A DNA stretch of 64,000 nucleotides from an uncultured delta proteobacterium. Lineage in GTDB: Bacteria > Myxococcota > Myxococcia > Myxococcales > Myxococcaceae. Below the pieces are notes generated by a model that worked only from the letters and a program-made list of their open reading frames with translations, did not search any database and was not told the DNA's origin. The position numbers and the translations under genes were made by a program. Below, one piece after another: positions 38,512 to 47,169 of the stretch (within the stretch, counting starts at the first letter, position 1; every line of letters starts with the position of its first letter). The DNA lies in NCBI GenBank assembly GCA_963796055.1, contig CAWCKH010000004.1, forward strand, positions 1,088,001 through 1,152,000. Direction: 5' to 3'.

Positions 38512-39584
38512 TGGAGGCGCTCTGGTTCGGCATCGTCGCCGGCATGCTCGCGGTGTACGTGGTCCTCGACGGCTTCGACTTCGGGGCCGGCTTCCTGCAC
38601 CTGGCGGTGGCCCGGACCGACGCCGAGCGACGCACCGTGCTCGCCGCCATCGGCCCGGTCTGGGATGGAAACGAGGTCTGGCTGATCGCCGGCGGGGGCG
38701 CGCTCTTCATGGCCTTTCCCACGGCGTACGCGGTGGGCTTCGCCGGATTTTACCTGCCGCTGATGCTCCTGCTCTGGGTGCTCATCCTCCGCGGCCTGTC
38801 CATCGAGCTCCGCGGCCACGTCACCAACCCGCTCTGGGCGGCGTTCTGGGACACCTGCTTCGCGCTGGGAAGCACGCTCATCGCCATCGTCCTCGGGGCT
38901 GCGCTGGGCAACGTGCTGCGCGGAGTGCCGCTGGACGCGACGGGCACGTTCCACGTCGCGCTTTGGGACAGCTTCTGGCCGGGGAAGGACTCCGGAGTCC
39001 TCGATGCCTACACCGTGCCGGTGGGCGTCTTCACCCTGCTCGCGCTCGGAGGACATGGGGGGCTGTACCTGGCGCTCAAGACCGACGGAGCGGTTCAGGC
39101 GCGAAGCCTGCGCGCAGCCCGCCTCCTCTGGGTCGGCGCCGGCATCCTCTTCCCGCTGGTGACCTGGGGCACGCTGCGGGTCTCGCCCGAGCTGCTGCCC
39201 GCCGCCGCGGGGCGTCCGCTGGTCTGGGTGCTCCTCACGGTCCAGCTGGCCTCGGTCGCCGCGCTTGTCTCGGGACTGGTGCGCCGCCGCCCGGGGCTCG
39301 GCTTCCTCGGCTCGGCGGGGACGCTCTTCACCATGCTCGGAACGGCCGCCGCTGCGCGCTGGCCGGTGCTGCTCCGCTCGAGCCTGGGCCCCTCCTTCTC
39401 CCTCGATGCGTTCGCGGCCGCCACCACCCACCATGGGCTCCGCGTGGCTCTGAGCTGGTCGATGCTCGGGCTTCCGCTGGCCTGCGGCTACTTCCTGTTC
39501 CTGGCGCGGCTGTTCCGCGGCAAGGTCCAGGTGGCCCCGGAATCCGCACCGGACGGTCCGGCCAGGGGGCGCGCCGGGCCCTGA
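38511..39584 (+). CDS. cydB: Cytochrome bd ubiquinol oxidase subunit II
   Basis: YVVLDGFDFGAG and GPVWDGNEVWL; TGATG overlap with cydA. Confidence 0.95.
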   Translation: MEALWFGIVAGMLAVYVVLDGFDFGAGFLHLAVARTDAERRTVLAAIGPVWDGNEVWLIAGGGALFMAFPTAYAVGFAGFYLPLMLLLWVLILRGLSIELRGHVTNPLWAAFWDTCFALGSTLIAIVLGAALGNVLRGVPLDATGTFHVALWDSFWPGKDSGVLDAYTVPVGVFTLLALGGHGGLYLALKTDGAVQARSLRAARLLWVGAGILFPLVTWGTLRVSPELLPAAAGRPLVWVLLTVQLASVAALVSGLVRRRPGLGFLGSAGTLFTMLGTAAAARWPVLLRSSLGPSFSLDAFAAATTHHGLRVALSWSMLGLPLACGYFLFLARLFRGKVQVAPESAPDGPARGRAGP

Positions 39585-39630
39585 CTGCGCCCGGGCACCG
39601 CCGGGGTCGATGGGGTACGCTGGGGCGACC

Positions 39631-39930
39631 GTGTCGAGGACGCTCCCCCTCCTTCTGCTGGTTGCGCTGGCCAGCCCCGCCCGGGCGCAGCCCGCCATCC
39701 CGGTGGAGGTGCAGGTCGGCAAGACGGCCAAGGTGAACGTCGGCCTGGCGCAGGGGCTGAACTGCGACGACCTCGGCGTGGTGGACGCGAAGCTCGTCCC
39801 CGCCAAGGACAAGAAGACCCTGTTCCTGGTGCTGAAGGGCAAGGCCGCGGGCGACACCTACTGCCGCGCCGGCACCGGCCTGGGCGCGACCGTGCTGGTG
39901 CACGTCACGGTGAGCGAGCCCCCGCTCTGA
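39631..39930 (+). CDS. Small exported beta-rich protein with two Cys
   Basis: Signal peptide (PARA|QP), high-GC3 codon pattern, Ig-like composition. Confidence 0.65.
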   Translation: MSRTLPLLLLVALASPARAQPAIPVEVQVGKTAKVNVGLAQGLNCDDLGVVDAKLVPAKDKKTLFLVLKGKAAGDTYCRAGTGLGATVLVHVTVSEPPL

Positions 39931-40044
39931 CGCGCGCCGGAGGGCTCTGCGCACAGTCGTCGCGAGAACACCGGAGCGCAGGGCAGCACCGGCCCGGCCG
40001 AGCGGTCCACTAGCGTCCCTCGCCGCTCCTGCCCCGGAGGCCCC

Positions 40045-40449
40045 TTGCCCAGCCCCCACGCGCCCGCCGCCGGCGTCGTGAGCAAGCCCAGCCCGCGCAG
40101 TGCCGGCGAGACGCTGGACCGGCTCCTGAAGGTGATCCGTTCCCGCGGGCTGACGCACTTCGCGAGCATCGACCACGCTGCCGGGGCCGCCGCCGTCGGG
40201 CTCTCGCTCCGGCCGGCCACGGTGGTCATCTTCGGCAACGCGCGGGCGGGGACACCACTCATGTCCGCGGTCCCGCTGCTCGCGCTCGAGCTCCCGCTTC
40301 GGGTCCTGGTCTGGGAGGACGCGGAGGGACGGGCACAGCTGAGCTACCTGGACCCGGCCTGGCTCGGCGAGCGCTACGGGCTCGAGGCCGGCCAGATGCA
40401 CGCGCTCGATGGCGTGCACGCCGTCACCGACGCCGCGGTGGCTCCCTGA
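40045..40449 (+). CDS. DUF302 domain protein
   Basis: IDHAAGAAAVGLSLRP, FGNARAGTPLM, ALELPLRVLVWED. Confidence 0.88.
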   Translation: MPSPHAPAAGVVSKPSPRSAGETLDRLLKVIRSRGLTHFASIDHAAGAAAVGLSLRPATVVIFGNARAGTPLMSAVPLLALELPLRVLVWEDAEGRAQLSYLDPAWLGERYGLEAGQMHALDGVHAVTDAAVAP

Positions 40450-40458
40450 GGCGCCCGC

Positions 40459-40815
40459 TCAGCCCCGGCCGGAAGCGTCCTCGACGTTGATGGTCGCCCA
40501 GGGCAGCGCCTCCAGCCGGGCGAGGGGGATGGGCTCACCGGTGACGTCGCTCAACCCGTAGGAGCCCTCGGCGAGCTTGGCCAGGGCGCGGTTCACCTGA
40601 GCGAGCTGCGCCCGCTCACCCGTGGTGAGGGTGTTCCGGGTCGTCCGTTCCACCTGTTCCTCCGCGACGTCGGCGGCGTCACCCGGGTCGGCGAGGCCGG
40701 GCATCTCCGGCGGCGCGTCCGAGTTGGTGAGCCCGAGCAGCCGGGCGCGCTCGCGCTGCAGCCGCTCCTCGAACCGGGCCAGCTGGTTCCGTGTCAGCTG
40801 CGGGGTGGAGGCCAT
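40459..40815 (-). CDS. TraR/DksA-family transcription factor lacking zinc-finger cysteines
   Basis: Coiled coil with DPGDAA tip; ALAKLAEGSYGLSDVTGEPIPLARLEALPWA; no Cys. Confidence 0.85.
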   Translation of the reverse strand: MASTPQLTRNQLARFEERLQRERARLLGLTNSDAPPEMPGLADPGDAADVAEEQVERTTRNTLTTGERAQLAQVNRALAKLAEGSYGLSDVTGEPIPLARLEALPWATINVEDASGRG

Positions 40816-40891
40816 GGTGGGGGGACCCTAGCACCCCTCCCAGGTGACAGCGGACGCGCTTACCCTCTCTGGCGGTGAAGGCCGACCGACC

Positions 40892-41971
40892 ATGAACACC
40901 TTTCGCACGCTCTTCGGGGCGGACCCCGAGGTGACGGCCGAGGCCCCCGGGCGAGCGAACCTCATCGGGGAGCACACCGACTACTCGGGGGGCTACGTGC
41001 TGCCGGTCACCATCCCGCAGAGGACGCGGGTGGAGCTGCGCCGGCGCGCGGATGCCACCGCCCGGGTGCACTCGGTGCAGCTGCGGAGGACGGAGGAGTA
41101 CCGGGTGGGCGCCGAGGCCCCGCGCCACGACTGGCTGGACTACGTCCAGGGCGTGACCGCGGTGGCGCGGCCCAGGCCACTCGGCGGGTTCGAGGCGTGG
41201 ATCGACTCCGACGTGCCACCGGGCGGCGGGCTGGCGTCGAGCGCGGCGCTGGGGGTGTCGATGCTCCGCGCGCTCCGGCAGGCCTTCGGATGGGAGCTGG
41301 ACGACGTGCGGCTGGCGCTGCTCGAACAGCGGGCCGAGGTGGAGTTCGTGGGTGCCCCGGTGGGGGTGATGGATCCGATGGTCTCGAGCCTCGGCGGTCC
41401 GCGGGCGGCGCTGCTCATCGACACCCAGTCGCTCCTCACCGAGTCCATTCCGCTCCCCCGAGGGCTGGCGATCGCGGTCGTGCACTCCGGCATCTCGCAC
41501 GACCACGCCAGCGGCGAGTACCGGGCCCGACGCAACGAATGCGAGGAGGCCACGCGGGCGCTGGGGGTGACCAGCCTCCGGTCGCTCTCGGTGGCGGAGC
41601 TGCCGCGGCTGGAGCTGCTCCCGCCCCCGCTCGACCGCCGGGCCCGCCACGTGGTGACCGAGAACGCGCGGGTGCTGGAGGCAGTGCAGGCGCTACGGTC
41701 CGGGGAGCTCGAGCGGCTGGGGGCGCTGCTCGCGGCGTCCCATCGTTCGCTGCGCGACGACCATCAGGTCAGCGTGCCCGACCTGGACCGCCTGGTGACG
41801 CTCGCCGCGGAGGCTCCGGGGGTCTTCGGCGCGCGGCTGACGGGGGGCGGGTTCGGCGGGGCCATCGTCGTCGCCGCGCGGCCGGAGGGCTTGCGCGCCT
41901 CGATGGAGCGGGTGGCGGAGCGGTACCGGGTGCAGACTGGACGCACCGCGACCGTTCTCGTCCCGGTCTGA
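40892..41971 (+). CDS. galK: Galactokinase
   Basis: APGRANLIGEHTDY, PPGGGLASSAA, GARLTGGGFGG. Confidence 0.93.
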   Translation: MNTFRTLFGADPEVTAEAPGRANLIGEHTDYSGGYVLPVTIPQRTRVELRRRADATARVHSVQLRRTEEYRVGAEAPRHDWLDYVQGVTAVARPRPLGGFEAWIDSDVPPGGGLASSAALGVSMLRALRQAFGWELDDVRLALLEQRAEVEFVGAPVGVMDPMVSSLGGPRAALLIDTQSLLTESIPLPRGLAIAVVHSGISHDHASGEYRARRNECEEATRALGVTSLRSLSVAELPRLELLPPPLDRRARHVVTENARVLEAVQALRSGELERLGALLAASHRSLRDDHQVSVPDLDRLVTLAAEAPGVFGARLTGGGFGGAIVVAARPEGLRASMERVAERYRVQTGRTATVLVPV

Positions 41972-42220
41972 AGACGCCTGCGGCCCGCGGGTCGCGCGCG
42001 ACGCGCAGCAGCGGATGCTGGAGGAGCAGGTCGCACTTCACCCCATCCGCCCCCGGACGCGGCAGCACGTCGGGAGCTGGACAGCGCCTGTTTTCGTGCT
42101 CTTTTCAGTGGGGAGACCCCATTGCAGGCTCGGTGGCGCAAGCAGACTGCCCTTCCCGACGCCCGGGCAGGTCAGGCGTTCACGGTCGAACGACCGGTGT
42201 CCACGAGGTTGGAGGAGACT

Positions 42221-42625
42221 TTGCCCGATGTCGCCCTGCCGATAGACGCGCCCGACATGGGGCCTGGAAGCGTCCTGCTGGTCGAGGACGACGCCGACAT
42301 CCGGGAGGCGCTCACCGACGTGCTCCAGATGGAGCGCTGGACCGTGGAGCCGGCGGCGAACGGCAAGCTCGCTCTGGACCGTCTTCGCGCTGGACCGCCG
42401 CCGGACCTGATGCTCCTGGATCTCATGATGCCGGTGATGGACGGCTTCGAGCTGCTGGAACAGCTGCGCGGTGAGCCGGGTCCGTCGACGGTGGTGCTCT
42501 CCGCGAGCCGGGACGTGGACCGGGTCCGGGAGCATCCCCTGGTCCGGGCCACGCTGGGTAAGCCGGTCGAGGTCGGGGTGCTGCTCGGGCTGCTCGAGCG
42601 GTTGCGCCGGGCCGATCAGGGCTGA
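42221..42625 (+). CDS. Single-domain response regulator (start uncertain: TTG 42221 or ATG 42257)
   Basis: VLLVEDD, MLLDLMMP, LSA and KP; GGAGGAG before TTG 42221. Confidence 0.85.
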   Translation: MPDVALPIDAPDMGPGSVLLVEDDADIREALTDVLQMERWTVEPAANGKLALDRLRAGPPPDLMLLDLMMPVMDGFELLEQLRGEPGPSTVVLSASRDVDRVREHPLVRATLGKPVEVGVLLGLLERLRRADQG

Positions 42626-42647
42626 GGCAAGGCAGGGGGAGGTTCCC

Positions 42648-43280
42648 GTGCTGAAGCTGTTCGGTCATGACGCCTCGCCGTACGTCCGTCGGGTCCGGAT
42701 CGTGCTCGCCGAGCTGCAGATCCCGTTCGAGCGTGACGTCCACAGCTGGCAGGACCCGGCGCCCGAGTTCAGCGCTGCCTCGCCCATCCGGCGTGTGCCG
42801 ATGCTCGACCTCGGTCCGGGGGCCCCGGTTCGCCATGTGTTCGAGTCGCGGGTCATCACCGCGCTGCTCTACGCCATGCCCCACCCCCGCCCCGGCGGCG
42901 CGCCGCCGTTCCAGGACTCGGTCTTCGACCCGGGGCTCGCGCTCCTGGACCAGAACGTCGTCTCGGCGGCCGACGCCGCGCAGGACAGCCTGGTGAACGT
43001 CTTCCTGCTCGAGAACGACGGCGTGCGAACCGAGCAGTCGTCGTACCTCCGGCGTCAGGTGGACCGGGGGCGGGCGTGCCTGGACTGGCTCGAGGCCCGG
43101 TACCAGGGCAAGAGCACCCTCGCCCCGGGACGGCTGGCCTACGCCGACGTGGCGGTGATGAGCCTGCTGGGCTGGATCCGGTTCCGGAACCGGATGGACC
43201 TCACGCCCTGGCCGGAGCTGCTGGCCCTGGAGGCGGCCCACGCCGGGCGCCCGAGCATCGCCTCGACCCGGCCGGCGTAG
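42648..43280 (+). CDS. Glutathione S-transferase family protein
   Basis: SPYVRRVRIVL, SPIRRVPML, FESRVI, YADVA. Confidence 0.88.
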   Translation: MLKLFGHDASPYVRRVRIVLAELQIPFERDVHSWQDPAPEFSAASPIRRVPMLDLGPGAPVRHVFESRVITALLYAMPHPRPGGAPPFQDSVFDPGLALLDQNVVSAADAAQDSLVNVFLLENDGVRTEQSSYLRRQVDRGRACLDWLEARYQGKSTLAPGRLAYADVAVMSLLGWIRFRNRMDLTPWPELLALEAAHAGRPSIASTRPA

Positions 43281-43410
43281 GTCAGGGCGGCCGCTGTCGA
43301 GATCCGGGTCAGGGGTCCTCAGGCGCTATAGTCGGCGAACTCAGGGCGGCCGCTGTCGAGTGGTCAGGGCGGCCGCTGTCGAGTGGTCAGGGCGGCCGCT
43401 GTCGAGATCC
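43281..43410 (+). repeat. Second, shorter copy of the modular repeat family (4 x GTCAGGGCGGCCGCTGTC plus one degenerate B core)
   Basis: Cores at 43281, 43340 (first base C), 43363 and 43386. Colinear with the reverse complement of the 30003 end of the first array. Starts at the base after the GST TAG. Confidence 0.92.
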
Positions 43411-43850
43411 CCGGAACAACACTCTGAACGGAGTGTTGGACCCGCCGCTGGGCGAGCGCATCACCGCGGTCTCCTCCGCCGTTCGCTGTGACATCCAGGT
43501 GGACCCGGACGGCCGTAACCTGTCCGGGCGTTGCACCGTACCCCTGACCAGCATCACCGTGGACGCCGACCCGACCAAGACCGAGCACTTCCGCCAGTGG
43601 GCCACCAACCGCAAGGTTGACGCTGCTCGCTGCATCTTCGGAGCGCAACTCGACCGGATCGCGGTGTCCTGGCTCCAGGCGCCGGGTGAGACCACCGAGT
43701 TCCAGGCCGAGATTCCGTTCACCGTATGCGGGCGTCCCCGTGAAGACGCCGGGCGTGAGCGCGTGACCGGCACCCTGGTGCGCCTGGACGATGGGTATGG
43801 CCAAGGTGGTCGCCGAGGAAGGTACGCTGGAGCTGACGCTGTTCGCCTCG
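43406..43850 (+). pseudogene. Truncated relic of a YceI-like beta-barrel protein (family call tentative)
   Basis: Protein-like DPRNNTLNGVLDPPLGERITAVSS..TVPLTSITVD..TKTEHF with no start codon (5' end replaced by the repeat). A C-terminus-like segment AKVVAEEGTLELTLFA lies in another frame from ~43800. Confidence 0.55.
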
Positions 43851-43951
43851 CCCCCGGGGAGTTGCGCCCGCCCGCGTGCGAGCGGAGAAAACGCGCCGTG
43901 TGTTCCGCGGCCGTCCACCCGCAGTCCAAACGAAGAGAGGAAGTGTCGAAC

Positions 43952-44230
43952 ATGAATGGAAAGAATCTGAAGGGGGCGCTCATCGCCTCAGCCGTGTGCG
44001 CGATGTTCGCCACCGCCGCCCACGCCGCGGACAAGGCCGCGGGTCATGACAAGGCCGGCGGCGAGGTGAAGTGTGCCGGCATCAACTCCTGCAAGGGCAC
44101 CGGCTCGTGCGCCGGCGGCGGCCACGGCTGCGGCGGCCAGAACGCCTGCAAGGGCCAGGGCTGGAACGCGACCAAGACCGAGAAGGAGTGCACCGACAAG
44201 GGCGGCAAGATCGTCACCGCCAAGAAGTAG
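43952..44230 (+). CDS. bufA2: Bufferin-type (BufA2-like) Cys-rich RiPP precursor with Sec signal peptide
   Basis: 92 aa; signal (AAHA|AD); six-Cys core KCAGINSCKG..SC..HGC..NACKGQGW..EC; directly upstream of DUF692 and DUF2063-like genes. Confidence 0.85.
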   Translation: MNGKNLKGALIASAVCAMFATAAHAADKAAGHDKAGGEVKCAGINSCKGTGSCAGGGHGCGGQNACKGQGWNATKTEKECTDKGGKIVTAKK

Positions 44231-44249
44231 TCGTCGGTTTCTCACCCCT

Positions 44250-44290
44250 CACCGGAGCCGGACCGCCTGGTTCGGCTCCGGTGTGCTTTT
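44250..44290 (+). terminator. Strong intergenic hairpin after the precursor gene
   Basis: CACCGGAGCCGGACC-GCCT-GGTTCGGCTCCGGTG (15-bp stem, one G-U) followed by TGCTTTT. Confidence 0.7.
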
Positions 44291-44302
44291 CTGAAGCCCT
44301 CC

Positions 44303-45133
44303 ATGGTTCCCTTCCTCGGGCACGGCATCGGCCTCCGCACCAAGCACTTTCCGGATCTGCTGGAGCAGGGCCGGCGAGCGGACTGGTTCGAGGTCATCAC
44401 CGAAAATTTCCTGAACGTCGGCGGACGCCCCCGGGCGGTGCTGGAGGCAGTGCGCGCGGACCGGCCGGTGGTGCTCCATGGCGTCTCGCTGTCGGTGGGC
44501 TCGGTGGACCCGCTCGACGAGGGGTACCTGCGCGACGTGCGCGCGCTCGCCGACGCGGTGGAGCCAGCCTGGGTGTCGGACCACCTCTGCTGGGGCACCT
44601 TCGGAGGCCACAATGCGCACGACCTCTTGCCGATGCCGTTCACCGAGGAGTCGCTGGCCCACGTGGTGTCGCGGGTCTCCGAGGTCCAGGAGCGGCTCGG
44701 CCGGCGCCTGGTTCTGGAGAATGTCTCCAGCTACCTGACTTACGCCGCCTCGACCATCTCCGAGTGGGACTTCCTCGCCGAGGTGGCGCGGCGGGCGGAC
44801 TGCCTCGTCCTCCTCGACGTGAACAACGTCCACGTCAGCGCGGTCAACCACGGCTTCGACCCCCACGCCTACCTGCGCGGGATCCCCGAGGACCGGGTGG
44901 CGCAGATCCACCTCGCCGGCCACCAGGACCTGGGCACGCATCTGCTGGACACCCACGACGCACCGGTGCCGGATCCGGTGTGGGCCCTCTACCGCGAGGC
45001 GGTTCGCCGCTTCGGCCGGGTGAGCACCCTGGTGGAGTGGGACGATCACATCCCCCCGCTCGACGAGGTGCTGGACCAGGCCGAGAAGGCCCGGGCCTTC
45101 GAGAAGGCGGTGCTGGAGGGAGAGGCGTCGTGA
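44303..45133 (+). CDS. bufB: DUF692 / MNIO multinuclear non-heme iron oxidase (bufferin maturase)
   Basis: GIGLRTKH, LHGVSLS, SDHLCW, LENVSSY, LLDVNN, IHLAGH, DTH, VEWD. Confidence 0.93.
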   Translation: MVPFLGHGIGLRTKHFPDLLEQGRRADWFEVITENFLNVGGRPRAVLEAVRADRPVVLHGVSLSVGSVDPLDEGYLRDVRALADAVEPAWVSDHLCWGTFGGHNAHDLLPMPFTEESLAHVVSRVSEVQERLGRRLVLENVSSYLTYAASTISEWDFLAEVARRADCLVLLDVNNVHVSAVNHGFDPHAYLRGIPEDRVAQIHLAGHQDLGTHLLDTHDAPVPDPVWALYREAVRRFGRVSTLVEWDDHIPPLDEVLDQAEKARAFEKAVLEGEAS

Positions 45134-45909
45134 GGCTGGGCGAGCTCCAGGCGTTGCTCCACGGGCGGATCACCGGCAGCGTGGCCGGCCGCGAGGACGA
45201 GCTCCGGGAGCAAGTCGTGCCCCGCCCCCCGCTCGACGCGCTGGAGCGAGTGGAGATCTACGCCCGGATGTACCTCTATCGGCTGGTGGACGCGGTGGCC
45301 GAGGACGTCCCTCACACCGCCCGGGTGCTGGGCCACGAGGCCTTCGTGAACCTGGTGCGTGAGTACCTGCTGGAGCACCCCAGCCGCTCGCCGGACATCG
45401 GGCAGGTCGGGCGCCACTTCGGATCCTGGCTCCGGACGCGGGAAGGATTCCGCGCCGACCTGCCGGATCTGGCACTGCTCGAGCGAGCGCGGTCCGAGGT
45501 CCGCACTGCGCTGGACGCGCCGGTCGCGGGAACCGAGGCCCTGCAGGGCCTGCCGCCCGACGCGCTGCCCGCGGCCCGGTTCGTCTTCTCCCCGTCGCTC
45601 CGGGTCCTCCGGTTGCAGCACGACGTCATGCCGCTCTGGGATGCGCTGGAGAAGGACACGGGCACGGTCCCCGAGCCCATCACCGGACCGACCGCGCTCC
45701 TGGTCTGGCGGCAGGAGTTCAAGGTCTTCCACACCGGGCTGTCCGAGCCCGAGGCGCGGGCGCTGGTGGTGGCGCGCGAGGGCGGCACCTTGGAGGACGT
45801 CTGCGCGACGTTCGCCGGCGAGCCCGATCCGGCCCACACCGCGTTCAAGACGGTGCTCAGCTGGTTCGCCGACGGGTGGGTGGCGGCGGTCACCTGGGAG
45901 CGGGCCTGA
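45130..45909 (+). CDS. bufC: DUF2063-like MNIO partner protein
   Basis: GTGA overlap with DUF692; RVEIYARMY..RLVDA, YLLEHPS and DLALLE. Confidence 0.85.
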   Translation: MRLGELQALLHGRITGSVAGREDELREQVVPRPPLDALERVEIYARMYLYRLVDAVAEDVPHTARVLGHEAFVNLVREYLLEHPSRSPDIGQVGRHFGSWLRTREGFRADLPDLALLERARSEVRTALDAPVAGTEALQGLPPDALPAARFVFSPSLRVLRLQHDVMPLWDALEKDTGTVPEPITGPTALLVWRQEFKVFHTGLSEPEARALVVAREGGTLEDVCATFAGEPDPAHTAFKTVLSWFADGWVAAVTWERA

Positions 45910-45915
45910 GGGGGA

Positions 45916-46029
45916 TCAGCCGACCTCCAGGCGCGCGATCTTCTGGCCTTCGAGCTTGAACCAGTAGGTCAACGCGACCGGACTTCCCGGAAAGCTGCCC
46001 GACACGCGGACGCTGACGGCGGTTCGCCC
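45916..46029 (-). pseudogene. C-terminal remnant of a SnoaL/NTF2-like protein
   Basis: GRTAVSVRVSGSFPGSPVALTYWFKLEGQKIARLEVG*; in-frame TGA upstream (46039-46041) and no plausible start for a full gene. Confidence 0.65.
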
Positions 46030-46267
46030 AGAAGAGCATCAGGGGGCGGCGCGCGGCGGTTACGCGGGCGCTGCCGGGGCCTTCCTGCTCCGTGGAGGAC
46101 GCGGGGTGGTCATGAGCCGGCGTCGGTGCCCGGACCGGGGCGGCCTGCGCGCCTCTCGAGCGCTCCGGCAATCCGGACGGTCCCATTCAGGAAAGAGCGG
46201 AAAGGCAGGTTCGCGCGACCCGTCCGGAACGTGGCCTTGCACGTCACATCCCCGCCGTCGGCCGGGC

Positions 46268-47026
46268 TCAGGGCGCGACCGACACCGCCCGGCCCTTGAG
46301 CGGCTGCACCGGCCGCGCGTTCTTCGCGTACTTCGCCTTGAACCCGTCGAGCTCCGGCTTCGACACCGGCTCGGCGGCGAGCAGCACGATCCACTGCACG
46401 TCCTCGCTGCAGGGCGGAGTGGTGAGCGAGCCGGCGTAGGCGAAGTGCTTCCGGTCGGCGGGGAGCATCGCCGGGAGGTCGACCTCGACGGTCTTCTTCT
46501 CGCCCGGGGCCGGAAGCGCGGTGAGCACCGGCGCGAATGCCGAGGGTGCCGTCCCCTGCTTCACCATCACCCCGACCACCGCCAGCTTCCCCTCGGCCGA
46601 CTTGTGGACGAAGTGGACCTCCATCGGGGCCGCCTTGCCATCGATGGTGTGCTCGGACGGGGTGTGGAAGTGGAACTGGAGCAGCTCGTACCGCGTCCCG
46701 CCGTAGGTGATGGCGTTTCCCGGCGGGAGGTTCACCTGGTCGCTGTGCCCGGTGTCGACCAGCTCACCGGTCGACCTGCTCCACGCGAACTCCAGCGGCT
46801 GCTGCGGTGCCTGGGCCTTGGCCTGCTTCGTCGAGAGCGCGACCGGACTCTGGTGCGTCCCGGTGGCGCAGGTGGGCGAAACCTCGCCCCACTTCGGCGG
46901 GGTGATTCCGTGGGTGTAGCTCCACTGGTGCTCGCCCTCGGCCTTCTTCGGCTCGTCGGCACGGGCAGCGGCGACGAGCGCGACGGCGGCAACGGCGGCA
47001 ACGGCGAACGTCTGGATGAGGCGCAT
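46268..47026 (-). CDS. Alpha-class carbonic anhydrase, exported
   Basis: Signal peptide; WSY, QSP, QFHFHTPSEH, EVHFVH, GSLTTPPCSE, NARPVQP. Confidence 0.95.
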   Translation of the reverse strand: MRLIQTFAVAAVAAVALVAAARADEPKKAEGEHQWSYTHGITPPKWGEVSPTCATGTHQSPVALSTKQAKAQAPQQPLEFAWSRSTGELVDTGHSDQVNLPPGNAITYGGTRYELLQFHFHTPSEHTIDGKAAPMEVHFVHKSAEGKLAVVGVMVKQGTAPSAFAPVLTALPAPGEKKTVEVDLPAMLPADRKHFAYAGSLTTPPCSEDVQWIVLLAAEPVSKPELDGFKAKYAKNARPVQPLKGRAVSVAP

Positions 47027-47169
47027 GGGCGACTTCCCTCCCGGCGGGTGGCCAGCGACGAGATGCGACGACGCCGACCGCGGACAATGCGTCCAAAGAC
47101 CTAGCCCTCGACGCTCCGTGGCGGAGACGACTCCGGATTGCAACTTCCCTGGGGACGCAGGCCGCCGGT

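Noticed and set aside
41972..42220. Possible small ORF or relic between galK and the receiver gene
   Set aside because: No frame gave a motif I could recognise.
43076..44230. 384-aa ORF as a single fusion protein
   Set aside because: It strings together off-frame GST sequence, the repeat, a gene relic and the precursor, which has its own RBS-like GAGAGGAAG, ATG and signal peptide.
46060..46113. 17-aa peptide MTTPRPPRSRKAPAAPA on the minus strand
   Set aside because: No RBS or recognisable motif; could be another relic but cannot be supported.
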